A DNA stretch of 64,000 nt. It comes from Candidatus Obscuribacteraceae bacterium (lineage in GTDB: Bacteria; Cyanobacteriota; Vampirovibrionia; Obscuribacterales; Obscuribacteraceae). The notes under the pieces were generated by a model. That model ran no database searches. It was not told the DNA's origin and saw only the letters and a list, made by a program, of their open reading frames with translations. A program made the translations under genes and the position numbers. Shown piece after piece: positions 50,048 to 60,314 of the stretch (positions are counted from its first letter, which is position 1; each line of letters begins with the position of its first letter). The stretch lies in assembly GCA_044226015.1 (NCBI GenBank), contig JBGAHS010000001.1, positions 1,322,611 to 1,386,610 on the forward strand. Reading direction: 5' to 3'.

Positions 50048-51117
50048 TGATTCTTCGGTAATTTGACGAGATGCATTACACTCGTATCCGGAATGGGCTC
50101 GCCATCACAACTTTGTTCAATCGATTGCCAGTTGAATTCGTTTGAATTCAAACGAGTGAATACGTTTTTTGCAAGTGTGTTTTTGCCTTGAGAAGACACC
50201 CCTGCGAAACTAAGTGTCCATTGCTCCCCATTGTGGTCCCATTTGCCATATCCAAAGCCACCGTCACAATCAAAATGCCATGAAACTAACGAGCTAGTTT
50301 TTGGATCCCATCCGATGATTTGTTTATCTACTAATTCACTATTATCTGGCTCTTTGAATATGGTTTTAGCCTCGATAAATTTGTGGTTTTCGGTCCACTT
50401 AATTTCAACGGAGCCTGATTCTCCCGGCTTTTCAATCCTCCAATTTCCAATCATCCAGGACATCTCGAGTAATTGGTCATGCGATTTCAAATTCTGAATT
50501 AGTGTCTCGGTAGCTTCGCTAATGAGCCAACCCGCATTCTCTTTTACGAGCACCACAGATATTTTGGACGTAGGCAGTTCCGCTTCACCGCTTTTGCGAG
50601 TGAGGTCTCCTGTAGCGATTGCGACGTGTGGTGCTGGAAAAGAAACTGTCTCCAGATGAATTGCTATTTTGTCAGCAGCCCGGTTCTTGAACGCTGCATT
50701 AAAGTAGTCTTGCAGCTGCCCTTTGCCCTGAAATGACTCGCCATCTTGATTAATGAATGTAGCGTTGGGATTCCAGAGAGAAAGCAATTTCGTTGCATCG
50801 CCGAGATTAATGCATTCGGCAAGGTTCCGCAATGTTCCGCGGACTTCTTCGCCGATGTCATCGCTTGTGACAATATTCGTGGACTTTTTTGTTTGTACAT
50901 CCGACTCCGAAAGTTTGCTGATTTGTGATTTCTTTCCAGAAGCGGATTTCTTGTTTGCGGATTTCTTGTTTGCAAGTTTCTTGTTTGCTATATCATCCCC
51001 AGTTTGTTGAACTTTCTTCGGTTCGGTTGATGCTTCTACCGCCCCAGCTGGTAAGCAATTCTCAGCGCTAAGAGAATAAAACAAAAGGGCTATTGTCAGT
51101 GCTATTTGTGTCTTCAT
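50044..51117 (-). CDS. Secreted NTF2-like (SgcJ/DUF4440-type) domain protein with a second beta-barrel domain
   Basis: Signal peptide, GDATKLLSLWNPNATFINQDGESFQGK...VLVKENAGWLI, then LEMSWMIGNW...IIGWDP...SWHFDCDGGFG. Confidence 0.8.
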   Translation of the reverse strand: MKTQIALTIALLFYSLSAENCLPAGAVEASTEPKKVQQTGDDIANKKLANKKSANKKSASGKKSQISKLSESDVQTKKSTNIVTSDDIGEEVRGTLRNLAECINLGDATKLLSLWNPNATFINQDGESFQGKGQLQDYFNAAFKNRAADKIAIHLETVSFPAPHVAIATGDLTRKSGEAELPTSKISVVLVKENAGWLISEATETLIQNLKSHDQLLEMSWMIGNWRIEKPGESGSVEIKWTENHKFIEAKTIFKEPDNSELVDKQIIGWDPKTSSLVSWHFDCDGGFGYGKWDHNGEQWTLSFAGVSSQGKNTLAKNVFTRLNSNEFNWQSIEQSCDGEPIPDTSVMHLVKLPKNQ

Positions 51118-51200
51118 AATGACCCGCAGGAAAAGGAAATATTATAAAGCATTCTATTTGTCATTGAATCGGCGAGGGACGGATCTCTTTGCATCGACGC

Positions 51201-51737
51201 GATCACCCAACCGGTATCGATTGAAAATTTGAATGACCTGGCAGCGAGAAAATCATAAAGTGGAATGCGTAAGATTTTCCCGGATTAGGTTGTAAGAGAA
51301 ACGATCACACAACCGGTATCGATTGAAAATTTGAATGACCTGGCAGCGAGAAAAACATAAAGTGGAATGCGTAAGATTTTCCCGGATTAGGTTGTAAGAG
51401 AAGCGATCACCCAACCGGTATCGATTGAAAGTTTGAATGACCAGGCAGCGAGAAAATCATAAAGTGGAATGCGTAAGATTTTCCCGGATTAGGTTGTAAG
51501 AGAAACGATCACACAACCGGTATCGATTGAAAATTTGAATTACCTGGCAGCGAGAAAATCATAAGTGGAATGCGTAAGATTTTCGCGGATTAGGTTGTAA
51601 GAGAAGAGATCACCCAACCGGTATCGATTGAAAGTTTGAATGACCAGGCAGCGAGAAAATCATAAAGTGGAATGCGTAAGATTTTCGCGGATTAGGTTGT
51701 AAGAGAAGCGATCACCCAACCGGTATCGATTGAAAAT
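51201..51737 (-). repeat. 102-bp tandem repeat, 5 full copies plus 1 partial
   Basis: GATCAC(C/A)CAACCGGTATCGATTGAAA... at 51201, 51303, 51405, 51507, 51608 and 51710. The minus strand reads ATCGATACCGGTT. Confidence 0.95.
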
Positions 51738-51949
51738 CTGGTGCTATGAACATCCGTAATTTGTGTTGGACAAATTGAGCAGCCAACCATTATCGATAGA
51801 ACCTTGTAAACCAATGTTCCGATCGAAAAAATCAGTACGCAGCAAAATGCATGCGAGTGGAGGTCCTCGCATGCACCAGTGTGGTGTACATCGTTCAAGC
51901 GAATGGTTGAGAATCAATCATTTTCAAAGCTATCTTTCAAACTGCCAAT

Positions 51950-52939
51950 TTACTCTTCGAGATAATCGCGCAGCTTTTCAGTGTGATCCGATGTTCGCAG
52001 TTGGCGTAGCGCCTTCAGCTCAATTTGGCGAGTGCGCTCTCTTGTGATTCCTACAAGTTTTCCAACCTGTTCAAGAGTTCTTTGATTACCATCTTTCAAA
52101 CCAAATCGAAGGATGATGATTTCTCGCTCTCTTGCAGTAAGCATTGAAAGAACGCCTCTGATATCCAGCGCCAAGAGAGCTGATGCAGTTGACTCTTCTG
52201 GTGGAGTTGACAGTTCATCCTGCACAACATCGGAAAGACTGTTGTCTTCTTCCTCACCAAGCGGAGAATCCAACGACATCGGTGTTCTGTTTGCCGCCAG
52301 CACTTCTTTAATCTTGGTGATACTGCATTTCATTGCTTTTGCAAGATCTTCCATTGTGGGTCGGCGACCAAGCTCTTGCGAAAGCTGACGCGTCGTCTTA
52401 CGCAAATTGTTAATCGTCTCGACCATATGCACTGGCACGCGAATAGTTCGAGACTTATCCGCAAGGGCTCTTGTGATACCCTGACGAATCCACCATGTCG
52501 CATAAGTGGAGAATTTGTATCCGCGTTCAGGGTCAAATTTCTCTGCCGCTCTGATGAGCCCCAGGTTTCCTTCTTGAATCAAATCAAGAAAAGGAAGACC
52601 TCTATTCTGGTATTTTTTTGCAACGCTAACTACCAGTCTAAGGTTCGCCTGCACCAGTCTTTTTTTTGCTAGCTGATCACCCTTGCAGATGCGTCTTGCT
52701 AGCTCAATTTCCTCTTTTGCAGACAGGAGTTTTACTCTTCCAATATCGCGAAGGTAAACCTGCACAGAATCTTCAGAGCGGGAGCGCCCTGTTACATCAA
52801 TGTCGGGCTCGCTATCGTCGCTATTTTCGTTATCACTGAAGAGATCTGGGTTGTCATAACCGGACTGAGCAAAGTCCAGTGTGAAATCATCCAACGTGAT
52901 ATCTTCGATTGTTTGTGTATTGTATCTTGCCATTTTCAT
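51950..52939 (-). CDS. RpoD/SigA-family sigma-70 factor (probably group 2)
   Basis: [57 protein letters not shown]...TRERTRQIE. Confidence 0.95.
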   Translation of the reverse strand: MKMARYNTQTIEDITLDDFTLDFAQSGYDNPDLFSDNENSDDSEPDIDVTGRSRSEDSVQVYLRDIGRVKLLSAKEEIELARRICKGDQLAKKRLVQANLRLVVSVAKKYQNRGLPFLDLIQEGNLGLIRAAEKFDPERGYKFSTYATWWIRQGITRALADKSRTIRVPVHMVETINNLRKTTRQLSQELGRRPTMEDLAKAMKCSITKIKEVLAANRTPMSLDSPLGEEEDNSLSDVVQDELSTPPEESTASALLALDIRGVLSMLTAREREIIILRFGLKDGNQRTLEQVGKLVGITRERTRQIELKALRQLRTSDHTEKLRDYLEE

Positions 52940-52940
52940 T

Positions 52941-53036
52941 AGCGGTCCAAGTCCGCTGTTTGTTGGTGTATACGATATTTCCGTGAAGTAGTCCGCGCAT
53001 TGGACTACGCCACCACAGGAGTGGAGGCGCGGAAAT
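52941..53036 (-). promoter_or_regulatory. Candidate structured 5' leader of the sigma factor gene
   Basis: Three-way junction at 52977-53036, plus an AGCGG-n7-CCGCU hairpin next to the start codon. Confidence 0.5.
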
Positions 53037-53199
53037 TTTTCAGGTACTCGGTTTAGTTGACGACTCTACTATTAAAATGTTCCAACACCAATGTTGGAAT
53101 GACGTTAACCCTAGATCTTTTTGTCGTAAGTACTCGGTATTCTTTTGTTAGTAATTCACGGCTTTGCTGCGAAGCTTCTTACGCCAAAGATTCTCAGGT

Positions 53200-54195
53200 T
53201 TAATCTTTGAACTTGCCGTAGCTGTGAAGTCCACCAAATCCCAGCGAATTAAATCCCAGGTATGTAAGGATTGTTAAAAGCATCCCGCCGACGGCCACCA
53301 GAGAAAGCTTCTCCGATGAACACTCATGGTGTATGCGCAAATGGATGTAAGCTGCGTAACCCAACCAGGTCGCCAGTGCCATGGATTCTTTTGGATCCCA
53401 TGACCAGTAGCTACCCCAGGCATGGTTTGCCCAGAGTCCGCCAGTAATAATCCCAATTGTGAGCATTGGGAAGCCGATCATGATAGAGCGGTAAATCACT
53501 TCGTCATAAAGTTCAGCTTTTTCTTTATTGACCTTCTTTTCGTCAATTGTGCCAATATTCGACCAGGCTAGACCCAGCCCCGCAAGACTGCCGCCAACAA
53601 ACAATCCCTGCAGAGCAAATGTGTTTGTGTCTGTAAAAGTTCCCAAACCAATAGCAGACATGCCCGAAATCAGGGCGAGTGCAGATAGCAGAACAGAACG
53701 CATGCGCCCAGCCTGCCAGAGTTGCACAAAAGCCGACAAACCAGCAATGAAGAACATCGCATACGAGACTATCAGTGGTGGCACGTGAATTTGTCGCCAG
53801 TAGCTAACGAGCGCTGGAACAAGTGGCTTTATTTCGTGTTGGCTCTGCGGCAACCAGCTTCCATAGAGGAAAAAGACGGCAGCCGCCAGGCTCGCCAGCC
53901 AGCCCAGCTGCTTGAGATCGTAAGATCTTGAGACGAGCAAATATCCGCCCATAATTGCCCAGGCGAACCACAATAGCGATTCGTACAAGTTCGAAAGAGG
54001 AAAACGTTCTGATTCAATTCCTCTGGCAATAATCGCTGCCGTTAGCGCTGTAAAGCCGATTACGAGAACAAATTGAGCAGCCTTAACGAAATGCTCTCTT
54101 TTCTTGACCAGAGCATTAGAGCCTACGAAAACCCAGAAGGAAACTACTGAAGAGACTCCTGCCGTGTTTGTTAGTGCAACCTGTAAGTCTGACAT
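53200..54195 (-). CDS. ccsA: Cytochrome c biogenesis System II protein CcsA (ResC)
   Basis: FPLSNLYESL, LVPALVSYWRQIHV, the WWD motif WANHAWGSYWSWDPKE, and GLHSYG. Confidence 0.95.
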   Translation of the reverse strand: MSDLQVALTNTAGVSSVVSFWVFVGSNALVKKREHFVKAAQFVLVIGFTALTAAIIARGIESERFPLSNLYESLLWFAWAIMGGYLLVSRSYDLKQLGWLASLAAAVFFLYGSWLPQSQHEIKPLVPALVSYWRQIHVPPLIVSYAMFFIAGLSAFVQLWQAGRMRSVLLSALALISGMSAIGLGTFTDTNTFALQGLFVGGSLAGLGLAWSNIGTIDEKKVNKEKAELYDEVIYRSIMIGFPMLTIGIITGGLWANHAWGSYWSWDPKESMALATWLGYAAYIHLRIHHECSSEKLSLVAVGGMLLTILTYLGFNSLGFGGLHSYGKFKD

Positions 54196-54200
54196 TTGCT

Positions 54201-55598
54201 CTACCCCGCAGTGCTGGCTGTTTCAGCAGCTTCAGCCGTGATTTCTTTATTTTCCTCCGAAAGTTCCGATTTGGCGCTTTCGATTTCAATATATTCACCG
54301 AACTTTTCTTTCAGGCTATTGGCGTGTTTCTCAAGCGCTTTGTTGAAGGCGGATTTTGCTTTCTTTGAGATACCACCCAGATACAAACCTGAATGTCCTT
54401 CGCGTTCGACAGCATATGCCCAGACCTGCCGATGAGGGAAGGCAGCCATCACGACTCCTATCATGATCACAGTAAAGGCAAAATATGTGATGGGTAAGCC
54501 AGGGTCGCATTTATATTGTAATCCGGTGATTGGCACCGGTCGAACATATCCCACATCTACCTGCCCGAAGTGTGCCTGCTGTCCAGGAGCAATTTCCGCC
54601 AGCATTTTGGGCGCCTGCCATTCAGGAATCTTCGCAAAAACTCGCAGCGGAGCGGAAGCGCTGCGCAAAGAGAAAATCATTATTGTTGTTTGGTCCAAAG
54701 GCATGAAAGCGGCATGGGTTGCGCCCATTTCGCGCAATGGTAATTCAGTTACACGTCCATTGAAAGAAATGCGAATGGAATCAAGTCCCCAACTTGATTG
54801 ATAAATATCCACGCCATCATAGCTGAGTGGATTGTTTACTGAAATTTCCTGCTGCTTCAAAACCTTGCCATCTTTGCCGATGACGGAAAGCTTGCTGAAC
54901 CATTGTTTTGCTTCGCCAGTTTTGTAGTCTTCACGTCTGGTGTCATCGACTCGAATTTTCCAGTCCGGCAATTTTCCAATCCAGAGTTTACTGTGCTCAG
55001 AGTCTGAAAAACTCAGGCTAGCATCCAGCGGAACCGGCTTGAAGCCATTGAATCCGGTCCATGATGTGATGGTCACACCCAGCATCAAAGAAAGCAAACC
55101 AATATGCGTGACGGTAGCAGCAAGGCGTGAGAACTTTGCCCACTCGCCAGTCAGGCTCGCATCTTTGATATCTACTTTGTATCCCTGTCTTCTCAATCCG
55201 CTAGCAAGCGCATTTAGGGCTTCGCCAGCTGGACATTTCAGGTCGATATTCTGGTAGACGGGGAACTTCGCAATTTCGCGATCACTGATAAAAGCCATTT
55301 TTTGCTTCATCAATCGAGCTTTCGGAAACACTCGTTGGAAGCTGCAAGCAATCATGTTCACTGTCAACAACGCGATCAGCAAGAGAAAAAATGGTGTGTG
55401 AAACAGGTCGGTGATTCCCAGTTGGCGAAGATTCTTCGCCATATCTTCACCAAAAGCCTCAACAACTTTTTGAAAACCGACTTGTGACTCTTGTGGGCAC
55501 CACGCGCCAACGAGAATCGAAAGAGCTATGAGGCTCAGAAGGACGATCGTCAGCTTCACTGATGCGAATGCTGAAAGGCGCAAGGTCACACCTCTCAA
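54201..55598 (-). CDS. ccs1: Cytochrome c biogenesis System II protein Ccs1/CcsB (ResB)
   Basis: ASVKLTIVLL, THIGLL, ISVNNPLSYDGVDIYQSSW and GLQYKCDPG. Adjacent to ccsA. Exact start uncertain. Confidence 0.9.
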   Translation of the reverse strand: MRGVTLRLSAFASVKLTIVLLSLIALSILVGAWCPQESQVGFQKVVEAFGEDMAKNLRQLGITDLFHTPFFLLLIALLTVNMIACSFQRVFPKARLMKQKMAFISDREIAKFPVYQNIDLKCPAGEALNALASGLRRQGYKVDIKDASLTGEWAKFSRLAATVTHIGLLSLMLGVTITSWTGFNGFKPVPLDASLSFSDSEHSKLWIGKLPDWKIRVDDTRREDYKTGEAKQWFSKLSVIGKDGKVLKQQEISVNNPLSYDGVDIYQSSWGLDSIRISFNGRVTELPLREMGATHAAFMPLDQTTIMIFSLRSASAPLRVFAKIPEWQAPKMLAEIAPGQQAHFGQVDVGYVRPVPITGLQYKCDPGLPITYFAFTVIMIGVVMAAFPHRQVWAYAVEREGHSGLYLGGISKKAKSAFNKALEKHANSLKEKFGEYIEIESAKSELSEENKEITAEAAETASTAG

Positions 55599-56626
55599 TT
55601 AGTTCTACTGATAAGCCAATCTATCATTTGATCGAGCGAGTCGCGATAAGTTGATTGGGGTACCAGTGTTAGCGTTTCACGTGCTTGTTTTGCATAACGC
55701 TGAGCCAATCCAACTGTCGATTCGACGCCGCCATTGCTTCGAATGATATTTAGCGATTCTTCGATGCCCTCTTCAGTGCTGACTGCGCGAGTGCGAATCA
55801 AGTGGGTCAATCGTTCGGCTGCAGCATCATTGCGCTCAAGAACAAAGAGTGTCGGTGCGGTGATTAGTCCCTGTGAAAGATCGCTTCCAGCGGGCTTGCC
55901 CAACTGCTGACTTGTGCTTGTGACATCGAGCAAATCATCGACTATTTGAAAACAAATGCCAATGTTCAATCCGTATGATTTCATTGCAGAAATAACATCA
56001 TCATTACAATGATTCAGGATTGGTGCGCTTTGAGTTCCAGCTGCGAATAGCGATGCTGTTTTCCAAATTGACTTCTGGATATAAGCTTCCCAATCTATGT
56101 TCAGCACAAATTGCGAACGCATCTGACGAATTTCGCCTGCGCAAAGGTCTCCCAACACCTGTCCATATATTCCAACTATGGGAGGATTCATCAGCCTAGA
56201 AAGGCAGACTGAAGCTTGTGCAAAAAGCAGATCGCCTGTGAGCACTGCTAACTTGTCGCTCCATTTGCGGTTTACTGTCTCTGCTCCACGGCGCAACGCA
56301 GCACCGTCTATGACGTCATCATGCACCAGGCTGGCTGTGTGGATCAGCTCGGTAAGGACAGCAAGAATGATATGAAGTCGGTTCAGTTCACCTCGAGGAT
56401 TTGCTGTTGCTTTTGCCACCATTAGTGATAGCGCGGGACGCAACCGCTTTCCACCCGCTTTGAATACTTGAGCAAGAAGTTCAGCGATAAATGGACTGTC
56501 GTCTACTAAGTTTGAATTCAAAAATTGCTCAACAAGTTCAAGTTCTTCCTTAATGGGCTCTAATAGCACGCCCATCTCTGGAGGAGATGCAATGATTGAA
56601 CCTGGTGAACTTTGCTGGATGCTCAT
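55595..56626 (-). CDS. sds: Polyprenyl (solanesyl-type) diphosphate synthase
   Basis: GGKRLRP, LIHTASLVHDDVID, KTASLF, FQIVDDLLD. Confidence 0.9.
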   Translation of the reverse strand: MSIQQSSPGSIIASPPEMGVLLEPIKEELELVEQFLNSNLVDDSPFIAELLAQVFKAGGKRLRPALSLMVAKATANPRGELNRLHIILAVLTELIHTASLVHDDVIDGAALRRGAETVNRKWSDKLAVLTGDLLFAQASVCLSRLMNPPIVGIYGQVLGDLCAGEIRQMRSQFVLNIDWEAYIQKSIWKTASLFAAGTQSAPILNHCNDDVISAMKSYGLNIGICFQIVDDLLDVTSTSQQLGKPAGSDLSQGLITAPTLFVLERNDAAAERLTHLIRTRAVSTEEGIEESLNIIRSNGGVESTVGLAQRYAKQARETLTLVPQSTYRDSLDQMIDWLISRTN

Positions 56627-56694
56627 GAACTGTAAATCTCAAATGAAGCTAGCTTTTCATAGATCTAGCGTAAACGTCAACGCAAATGGCCAAA

Positions 56695-58434
56695 TCACTT
56701 AATAAGTACTCCAATTGCGTTGCATTTCACTAGGAGGAATTTCCCCTGGCTACAAACTACTTTACAGCCAGGAAGATTCTCGAAGAACTCCTTCTGCTTG
56801 GTCTTTGTTAGAACGTAGGCACCATTGACCGCTTTGTCTGAAGCAAGAAACTCTTTGACAGCATCCTGTGACGACGGTTGTATTACCTGCCTTCCGGTGT
56901 AAAAGGGCATCGATGGTTTGCGCATATCGAAGACGAGAACCGGCAAGCTTGAAGAGCCCGCAAAACGTGCCATATCAGGCAATGGTTGCTCCCAGGTGTT
57001 GCTCAATTCTGTCAATATCTGACCGCCAAAATAAAGGAAGCTGAGCACGGTGGGACCGAGGAACGCGAAAAACGCAGTTCTATATGAACGGCGCAGCGTG
57101 AACGCGACAGCCACCATTGTGAAAATCAATTCATACGAACATAGAGACTGAGCTAATTGTATAAGTGAAGTAGGAGCGTCTCTTAACTTGCTGACGAGAT
57201 GCGGCAACACCAGGCTGATTCCAGCGAATATGCTTGCCAGCAAAATTGCAGGCACGAGTGCTTTTGTTTTGTTCCGTGTTTCAAGGATTTTGTCGAATTC
57301 CAGAGCGATTAATAAGGCTACTGCGGGAAACGCAGGCAATGTGTATGGAAGTAACTTAGACACACTGGCGGAGAAAAACCCGACTGTGATCACGGTCCAA
57401 CATAGACAGTAGAGTGCCAGCTCCTGATTGAGACTCATTTCGCCACAATAGGTGCTTATAACCTTTAGCGGTCCGTTGCGCCAGAGTGCTCTTACGCGCT
57501 CAACCTGGAGAGCACCAAAGAGCGCCTGTGGGATGAATACACTCCAGGGAAAGAAACCTGCGAGCATCGCTGCAATGTGATACCACCAACCACCTTTATG
57601 TGAATCGACAACACTGGTGAAACGCTGGAAATTTTCCCGCAAGATGAAGTCATTGAAGTATGCGCCCTTAGTTATGTAGATCTCGACTGTGAACCAGGGA
57701 AGTGCAATTAAACCTACAATCAGAGCACCAATAACAGGGCTATAAAAACGTAAAGCTTCTTTCCAATTGTTTCTTAGCAAATGGAAAAGCCCGAGAATCG
57801 CGACCGGAAGCACAATGCCTACGGGACCTTTCGTCATCACTGCCAGTCCGGTCAGCACATATGCTAACCAGAGGTAGTTTTTATTGGTTTTCTTGAAAGC
57901 CGCATAGAAACACATCATGCCACTAGCGGTGAACAAGCTCAGCGGCATATCTGTAATTGCCATGCGAGCAGTTCCCACAAAAAGTGGCGCCGTGCAAAGT
58001 ACCATAGAAGACGCTATGGCTGCGCGTCTTCCAGCAAACTTTTCCGCAAAGCAATAGGTTGCCGCTACCAATAGGGCACCAGCTGTAGCACCAAAAAAAC
58101 GCACTGCAAATTCGTTGCAACCGAATACGACTATACCGAGAGCCTGTCCCCAAATGGTTATTGGTGGCTTTGTAAATCGCACAACATAGTTCAGGTACGT
58201 TGTGATGTAATCTCCGATTGCTAGCATTTCCTTTGCTGGCTCTGCATAAAGCGCTTCATCTGGGTTGAATAGCGGGAAGTTTCCCAAGTGAGCAAAGAAC
58301 AAAGTGCAAGTAACAGCGAATACGATGGCAAAGGGCAAAACACCTTGCCATGCTTCTCTGAAGCCGCTGTCTGGAGTTGCCGAGCCCTCCATCTGTGTTT
58401 TAGTGGAGATCGGTTTGACTAAGCTTTCGGGCAT
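56695..58434 (-). CDS. ArnT/PMT-like (GT83/GT39) polytopic glycosyltransferase
   Basis: PDEALYAEPAKEM, RFTKPP, MTKGPVG and KLLPYTLP, with many TM segments. I prefer the ATG at 58434. Confidence 0.9.
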   Translation of the reverse strand: MPESLVKPISTKTQMEGSATPDSGFREAWQGVLPFAIVFAVTCTLFFAHLGNFPLFNPDEALYAEPAKEMLAIGDYITTYLNYVVRFTKPPITIWGQALGIVVFGCNEFAVRFFGATAGALLVAATYCFAEKFAGRRAAIASSMVLCTAPLFVGTARMAITDMPLSLFTASGMMCFYAAFKKTNKNYLWLAYVLTGLAVMTKGPVGIVLPVAILGLFHLLRNNWKEALRFYSPVIGALIVGLIALPWFTVEIYITKGAYFNDFILRENFQRFTSVVDSHKGGWWYHIAAMLAGFFPWSVFIPQALFGALQVERVRALWRNGPLKVISTYCGEMSLNQELALYCLCWTVITVGFFSASVSKLLPYTLPAFPAVALLIALEFDKILETRNKTKALVPAILLASIFAGISLVLPHLVSKLRDAPTSLIQLAQSLCSYELIFTMVAVAFTLRRSYRTAFFAFLGPTVLSFLYFGGQILTELSNTWEQPLPDMARFAGSSSLPVLVFDMRKPSMPFYTGRQVIQPSSQDAVKEFLASDKAVNGAYVLTKTKQKEFFENLPGCKVVCSQGKFLLVKCNAIGVLIK

Positions 58435-58543
58435 CCGCCTCAATCCTTTTTTGCGTCTTGAGATCTTCCTTGACCCTTTGATTTAGTACAAGGTGAGAAT
58501 TCTAAAGTTGCGGCTGATGATAAGGACTGCTTAATCTTTTGGT

Positions 58544-59074
58544 TTATTTCCCCAGGGAATCTTCTTTTTCCGCCAAAGCCGCATGCACGCCTTGAGTAAT
58601 GGCTATTTCTGCGGACTTGAGAGCCTTTTTGAATGCTGTCTTATCCAGTAATGTGCTTGTTGACCGTGGTGCAGGCGCCTTCGGTGAATTGTGTTCTAAA
58701 GTTCCGAAGAAAATCGTTTTGAGTTTTTCCGCAATCTCTCTCATTGTGCGTGGGTCTGGACCTACCATTTTCGTGGGCAAGTCAATGTTGGGAAGGTTCT
58801 TGGAAGAGTCTTGGTTATCTTTGCCTGATGGATATGGCGACGGTAGTTCCAGACCTTTGGGGTGTTTGGGCTTTTCGTGAGATGAATCCTGGCTATGGCT
58901 TTTGCCTGAGATCTCGTCAGCAGCTTTCATGGTGCGTTCAGGCTGTTTCAAATCCGGCGGTAGTTTATGGTCTGCATTTTGACCGCAGTTGCGATTTAAC
59001 TCAACGGCGAATCTTGCGGAGCTGTTACTTAGAGTTTCCTGGGAATTGCGTGGTGCTTGAATACTGTCGAACAT
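58544..59074 (-). CDS. Hypothetical protein
   Basis: 176-aa ORF with an AAGGAG RBS upstream of the ATG. No family recognised. Confidence 0.6.
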   Translation of the reverse strand: MFDSIQAPRNSQETLSNSSARFAVELNRNCGQNADHKLPPDLKQPERTMKAADEISGKSHSQDSSHEKPKHPKGLELPSPYPSGKDNQDSSKNLPNIDLPTKMVGPDPRTMREIAEKLKTIFFGTLEHNSPKAPAPRSTSTLLDKTAFKKALKSAEIAITQGVHAALAEKEDSLGK

Positions 59075-59159
59075 AGGCTCTCCTTATTTAAGGGTTAGCC
59101 TCCCTCATCATTAAAATTAATAGAGCTGCCTGAAAATAAATTGAAATGGCGGTTGGGTA

Positions 59160-59538
59160 GTTGGGTAATCGGAACTGGATCGATACCGGTTGGAAATCGA
59201 ATTTGGATCGATACCGGTTGGGTAATCGAATTTGGATCGATACCGGTTGGATGATCGGAACTGGATCGATATGGGTTGGGTAATCGAATCTGGATCGATA
59301 CCGGTTGGGTAATCGAATCTGGATCGATACCGGTTGGGTAATCGAATCTGGATCGATACCGGTTGGATGATCGAATCAGGATCGATACCGGTTGGATGCT
59401 CGAATTTGGATCGATACCGGTTGGATAATCGGAACTGAATCGATACCGGTTAGGTAATCGAATCAGGATCGATACCGGTTGGATGATCGGAACTGGATCG
59501 ATACCGGTTGGATGATCGGAACTGGATCGATACCGGTG
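59160..59538 (+). repeat. 28/29-bp tandem repeat x13
   Basis: GGATCGATACCGGTTGG(G/A)T(A/G)ATCG(A/G)A... with cores at 59177, 59205, 59234 ... 59524. Confidence 0.95.
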
Positions 59539-59631
59539 AGGCAACACCACTTGAAATTGTAGTCTCTATGCGACTGTCAGTAGGAACGAATACAAAATGC
59601 TTGCGTCTTCGTTCCCATCTCTAAGCTTAAG

Positions 59632-60024
59632 GTGAACATCATGCAAAGATACCGCGACTTGAATTTCAGCATTTTCCTCATGCTAGCGGCGCTGATATCG
59701 TTGCCGATCTTGTCAGCTTGTGGTCCTCAGCCGAAAACCGGCACTAATGTGTCGTTCCATGCTGACAGCGCCAATGCTCAAGAACTCGACACGTCTTCTA
59801 GTGTCGATGCGCCCTATACACGAGTTCAAACCGATGACTTCACAGGGCACAGCTCCGTTAGGGCTCCATATGTGAAGTTGGATTCTCAAGAAGATGGAAG
59901 AGCGACTCTGCGTGCTCCGTTTGTCAAAATCGACCATGACGAAGATGGGCTGAAGATAAAAGTAGGAAGACACCACCATCATCATCATCTGTTCGATTCC
60001 CACTATGACTATCCCGAAGAGTAA
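59632..60024 (+). CDS. Small lipoprotein with a His6 run near the C-terminus
   Basis: Lipobox LSAC after a hydrophobic stretch, three short repeats (VDAPY, VRAPYV, LRAPFV) and RHHHHHHL. Confidence 0.75.
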   Translation: MNIMQRYRDLNFSIFLMLAALISLPILSACGPQPKTGTNVSFHADSANAQELDTSSSVDAPYTRVQTDDFTGHSSVRAPYVKLDSQEDGRATLRAPFVKIDHDEDGLKIKVGRHHHHHHLFDSHYDYPEE

Positions 60025-60314
60025 TTCGCGAACCGCAGGATAGCAGCATTTGTCCTGTAGGTGCGCGTCCAATAGTCTTTTGCGGCGAACTTCTCGATTA
60101 TGCTCGTCTAACGGACAACGGTATGTTCGTCCTGGCGGCGATGGCAAACGAAACAAGAGCTCAATAGTATTGGCAGGCTTGCGGATTGCTGGCGGCTTTT
60201 GTCTAGATTTGAATAGCTTCGTGCCTTTGGGGATCGGATCTCGGACTAAATGTGCTAAAAGTTCCATTGTGCATGTTTGGCACGTGTATTCCCCATCAAT
60301 CAAGGCATTGCATT

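Noticed and set aside
52977..53036. Hammerhead ribozyme or tRNA interpretation of the three-way junction
   Set aside because: It lacks the CUGANGA/GAAA core, the T-loop motif and cloverleaf spacing.
59160..59538. CRISPR array call for this and the other 28-39-bp arrays
   Set aside because: The units abut one another. The variable parts are about 12 nt, related to each other and recurrent, so they are not unique 25-45-nt spacers.
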